Assembly: GCA_020348445.1 (NCBI GenBank)
Contig: CP070751.1
Location: 1,223,303 to 1,240,707, forward strand
DNA: 17,405 nt
Origin: Thermoplasmata archaeon
GTDB taxonomy: Archaea; Thermoplasmatota; Thermoplasmata; GCA-020350865
Direction: 5' to 3'
This document shows positions 16,712 to 17,405 of the stretch, in pieces. How positions within the stretch are numbered: the first letter of the stretch is position 1; each line of letters opens with the position of its first letter. The translations under genes were made by a program, and so were the position numbers. The notes under the pieces are model-generated. The model had not been told where the DNA came from and did not search any database. It was given only the letters and a program-made list of their open reading frames with translations.

Positions 16712-17215
16712 GGCGACTCCCTTAGTCTTTTTTCGGCTGGAGGTCCTTTTATTTATTCTATTTTCAATTTCTCTTATCTCTTGGATATTATTGTCTTTTA
16801 TTGGGCCAATTGATACAACAGTATATTTGTGCCCACGAAATCGGAATCCATATTTCTTTAAGTTTATTTTAAAGTTTTTTTCATACAACAAAAAACTATG
16901 AATGTCATGAGATAGAATATGTTGTGGGATAAGTTTATAATTGATTCTATTTTCCTTTAATATATTCTCAATATCTTTTCGTACAATTTTATAATCCAAA
17001 GAGATATATCTTTTTTCCCATCCTCGCTTTTTATAATTTTCATGTGAAAACCATAGAAAAAATACTCCCCAAAATAAAGCCGTAATAAATGCTCGTGTTA
17101 AAAGAACATTTAATGTTAATACATACCATAAGGCTAAGATAGCGCCAAATAGGGTAAGAAATAGTGTAAATAGAATAAATTTGATAGAATAATTCTTCCA
17201 ATGCTTTGACCTCAT
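16682..17215 (-). CDS. Hypothetical membrane protein (2 TM); stop codon lies inside R18
   Basis: 177 aa; C-terminus GVARSEQVGVYR is encoded by the inverted repeat and repeat. Confidence 0.65.
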   Translation of the reverse strand: MRSKHWKNYSIKFILFTLFLTLFGAILALWYVLTLNVLLTRAFITALFWGVFFLWFSHENYKKRGWEKRYISLDYKIVRKDIENILKENRINYKLIPQHILSHDIHSFLLYEKNFKINLKKYGFRFRGHKYTVVSIGPIKDNNIQEIREIENRINKRTSSRKKTKGVARSEQVGVYR

Positions 17216-17261
17216 AATCTAACTTCCATGCCTCCAGCCTCGCTGATAATCGGGAGTCGCC

Positions 17262-17405
17262 GTTAAGCCCCATCCCTAAAACCATTATTGTCCTTCGGAC
17301 ATAAAGGTTTTGCCACTGCCCTCCTTCGTTTTGTTGTTTATTGCTAACAACCACTCACGGTTGCTCAGCCTTCGGCCTCGCAACATCTCCGCTCGGTCGT
17401 AACCT
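17262..17405. repeat. Repeat R19, subtype B, right-truncated
   Basis: Matches 5792-5935 with one mismatch over 144 bp. Confidence 0.9.

Noticed and set aside
959-16901. Track ORFs lying in the repeats (959-1231, 1721-1993, 1751-2044, 2530-2886, 2642-2890, 3769-4002, 4345-4566, 7153-7338, 8232-8558, 13563-13874, 14497-14793, 16045-16308, 16584-16901, 17040-17354)
   Set aside because: They recur in both strands and different frames with stops and indels between copies; they are translations of the GC-rich non-coding repeat.
1-17405. CRISPR array interpretation
   Set aside because: Repeats are 200-340 bp and divergent, the spacers are whole genes, and no cas genes are present.
888-17405. Canonical integron attC call
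   Set aside because: No RYYYAAC/GTTRRRY pair was seen at the repeat ends and the ends do not pair with each other; this was checked by eye only, and a covariance-model search is needed.
888-17405. Repeats as IS elements, MITEs or group II intron remnants
   Set aside because: No transposase or RT, no terminal inverted repeats belonging to the repeat itself, no consistent target-site duplications, and no recognisable domain V; not formally excluded without an Rfam/ISfinder search.

Overview
Probably archaeal DNA; Thermoplasmatota-like is an inference from the BRE/TATA promoters, GGTGA/GGAGG ribosome-binding sites and the style of the large secreted protein. Almost the whole window is an integron-like gene-cassette array. 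It has 19 cassette slots: 17 carry one or two short AT-rich genes, all on the minus strand (five toxin-antitoxin pairs, a protease/partner pair, an AbiV-family HEPN protein, a Zn-ribbon protein and many small membrane proteins), one slot is empty, and one holds a 2.6 kb GC-rich gene in the opposite orientation. The slots are separated by 20 copies (two truncated by the window edges) of a long (about 200-340 bp), GC-rich, modular, hairpin-rich repeat family in four related subtypes. The repeats do not look like canonical attC sites: I saw no RYYYAAC/GTTRRRY ends by eye; the conserved end reads CTT on the coding strand. Each cassette is bracketed by its own cassette-specific inverted repeat (about 8-20 paired bp), which pairs across the gene rather than across the repeat. 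No recombinase, transposase or reverse transcriptase is visible in the window, so the mechanism is inferred, not shown.
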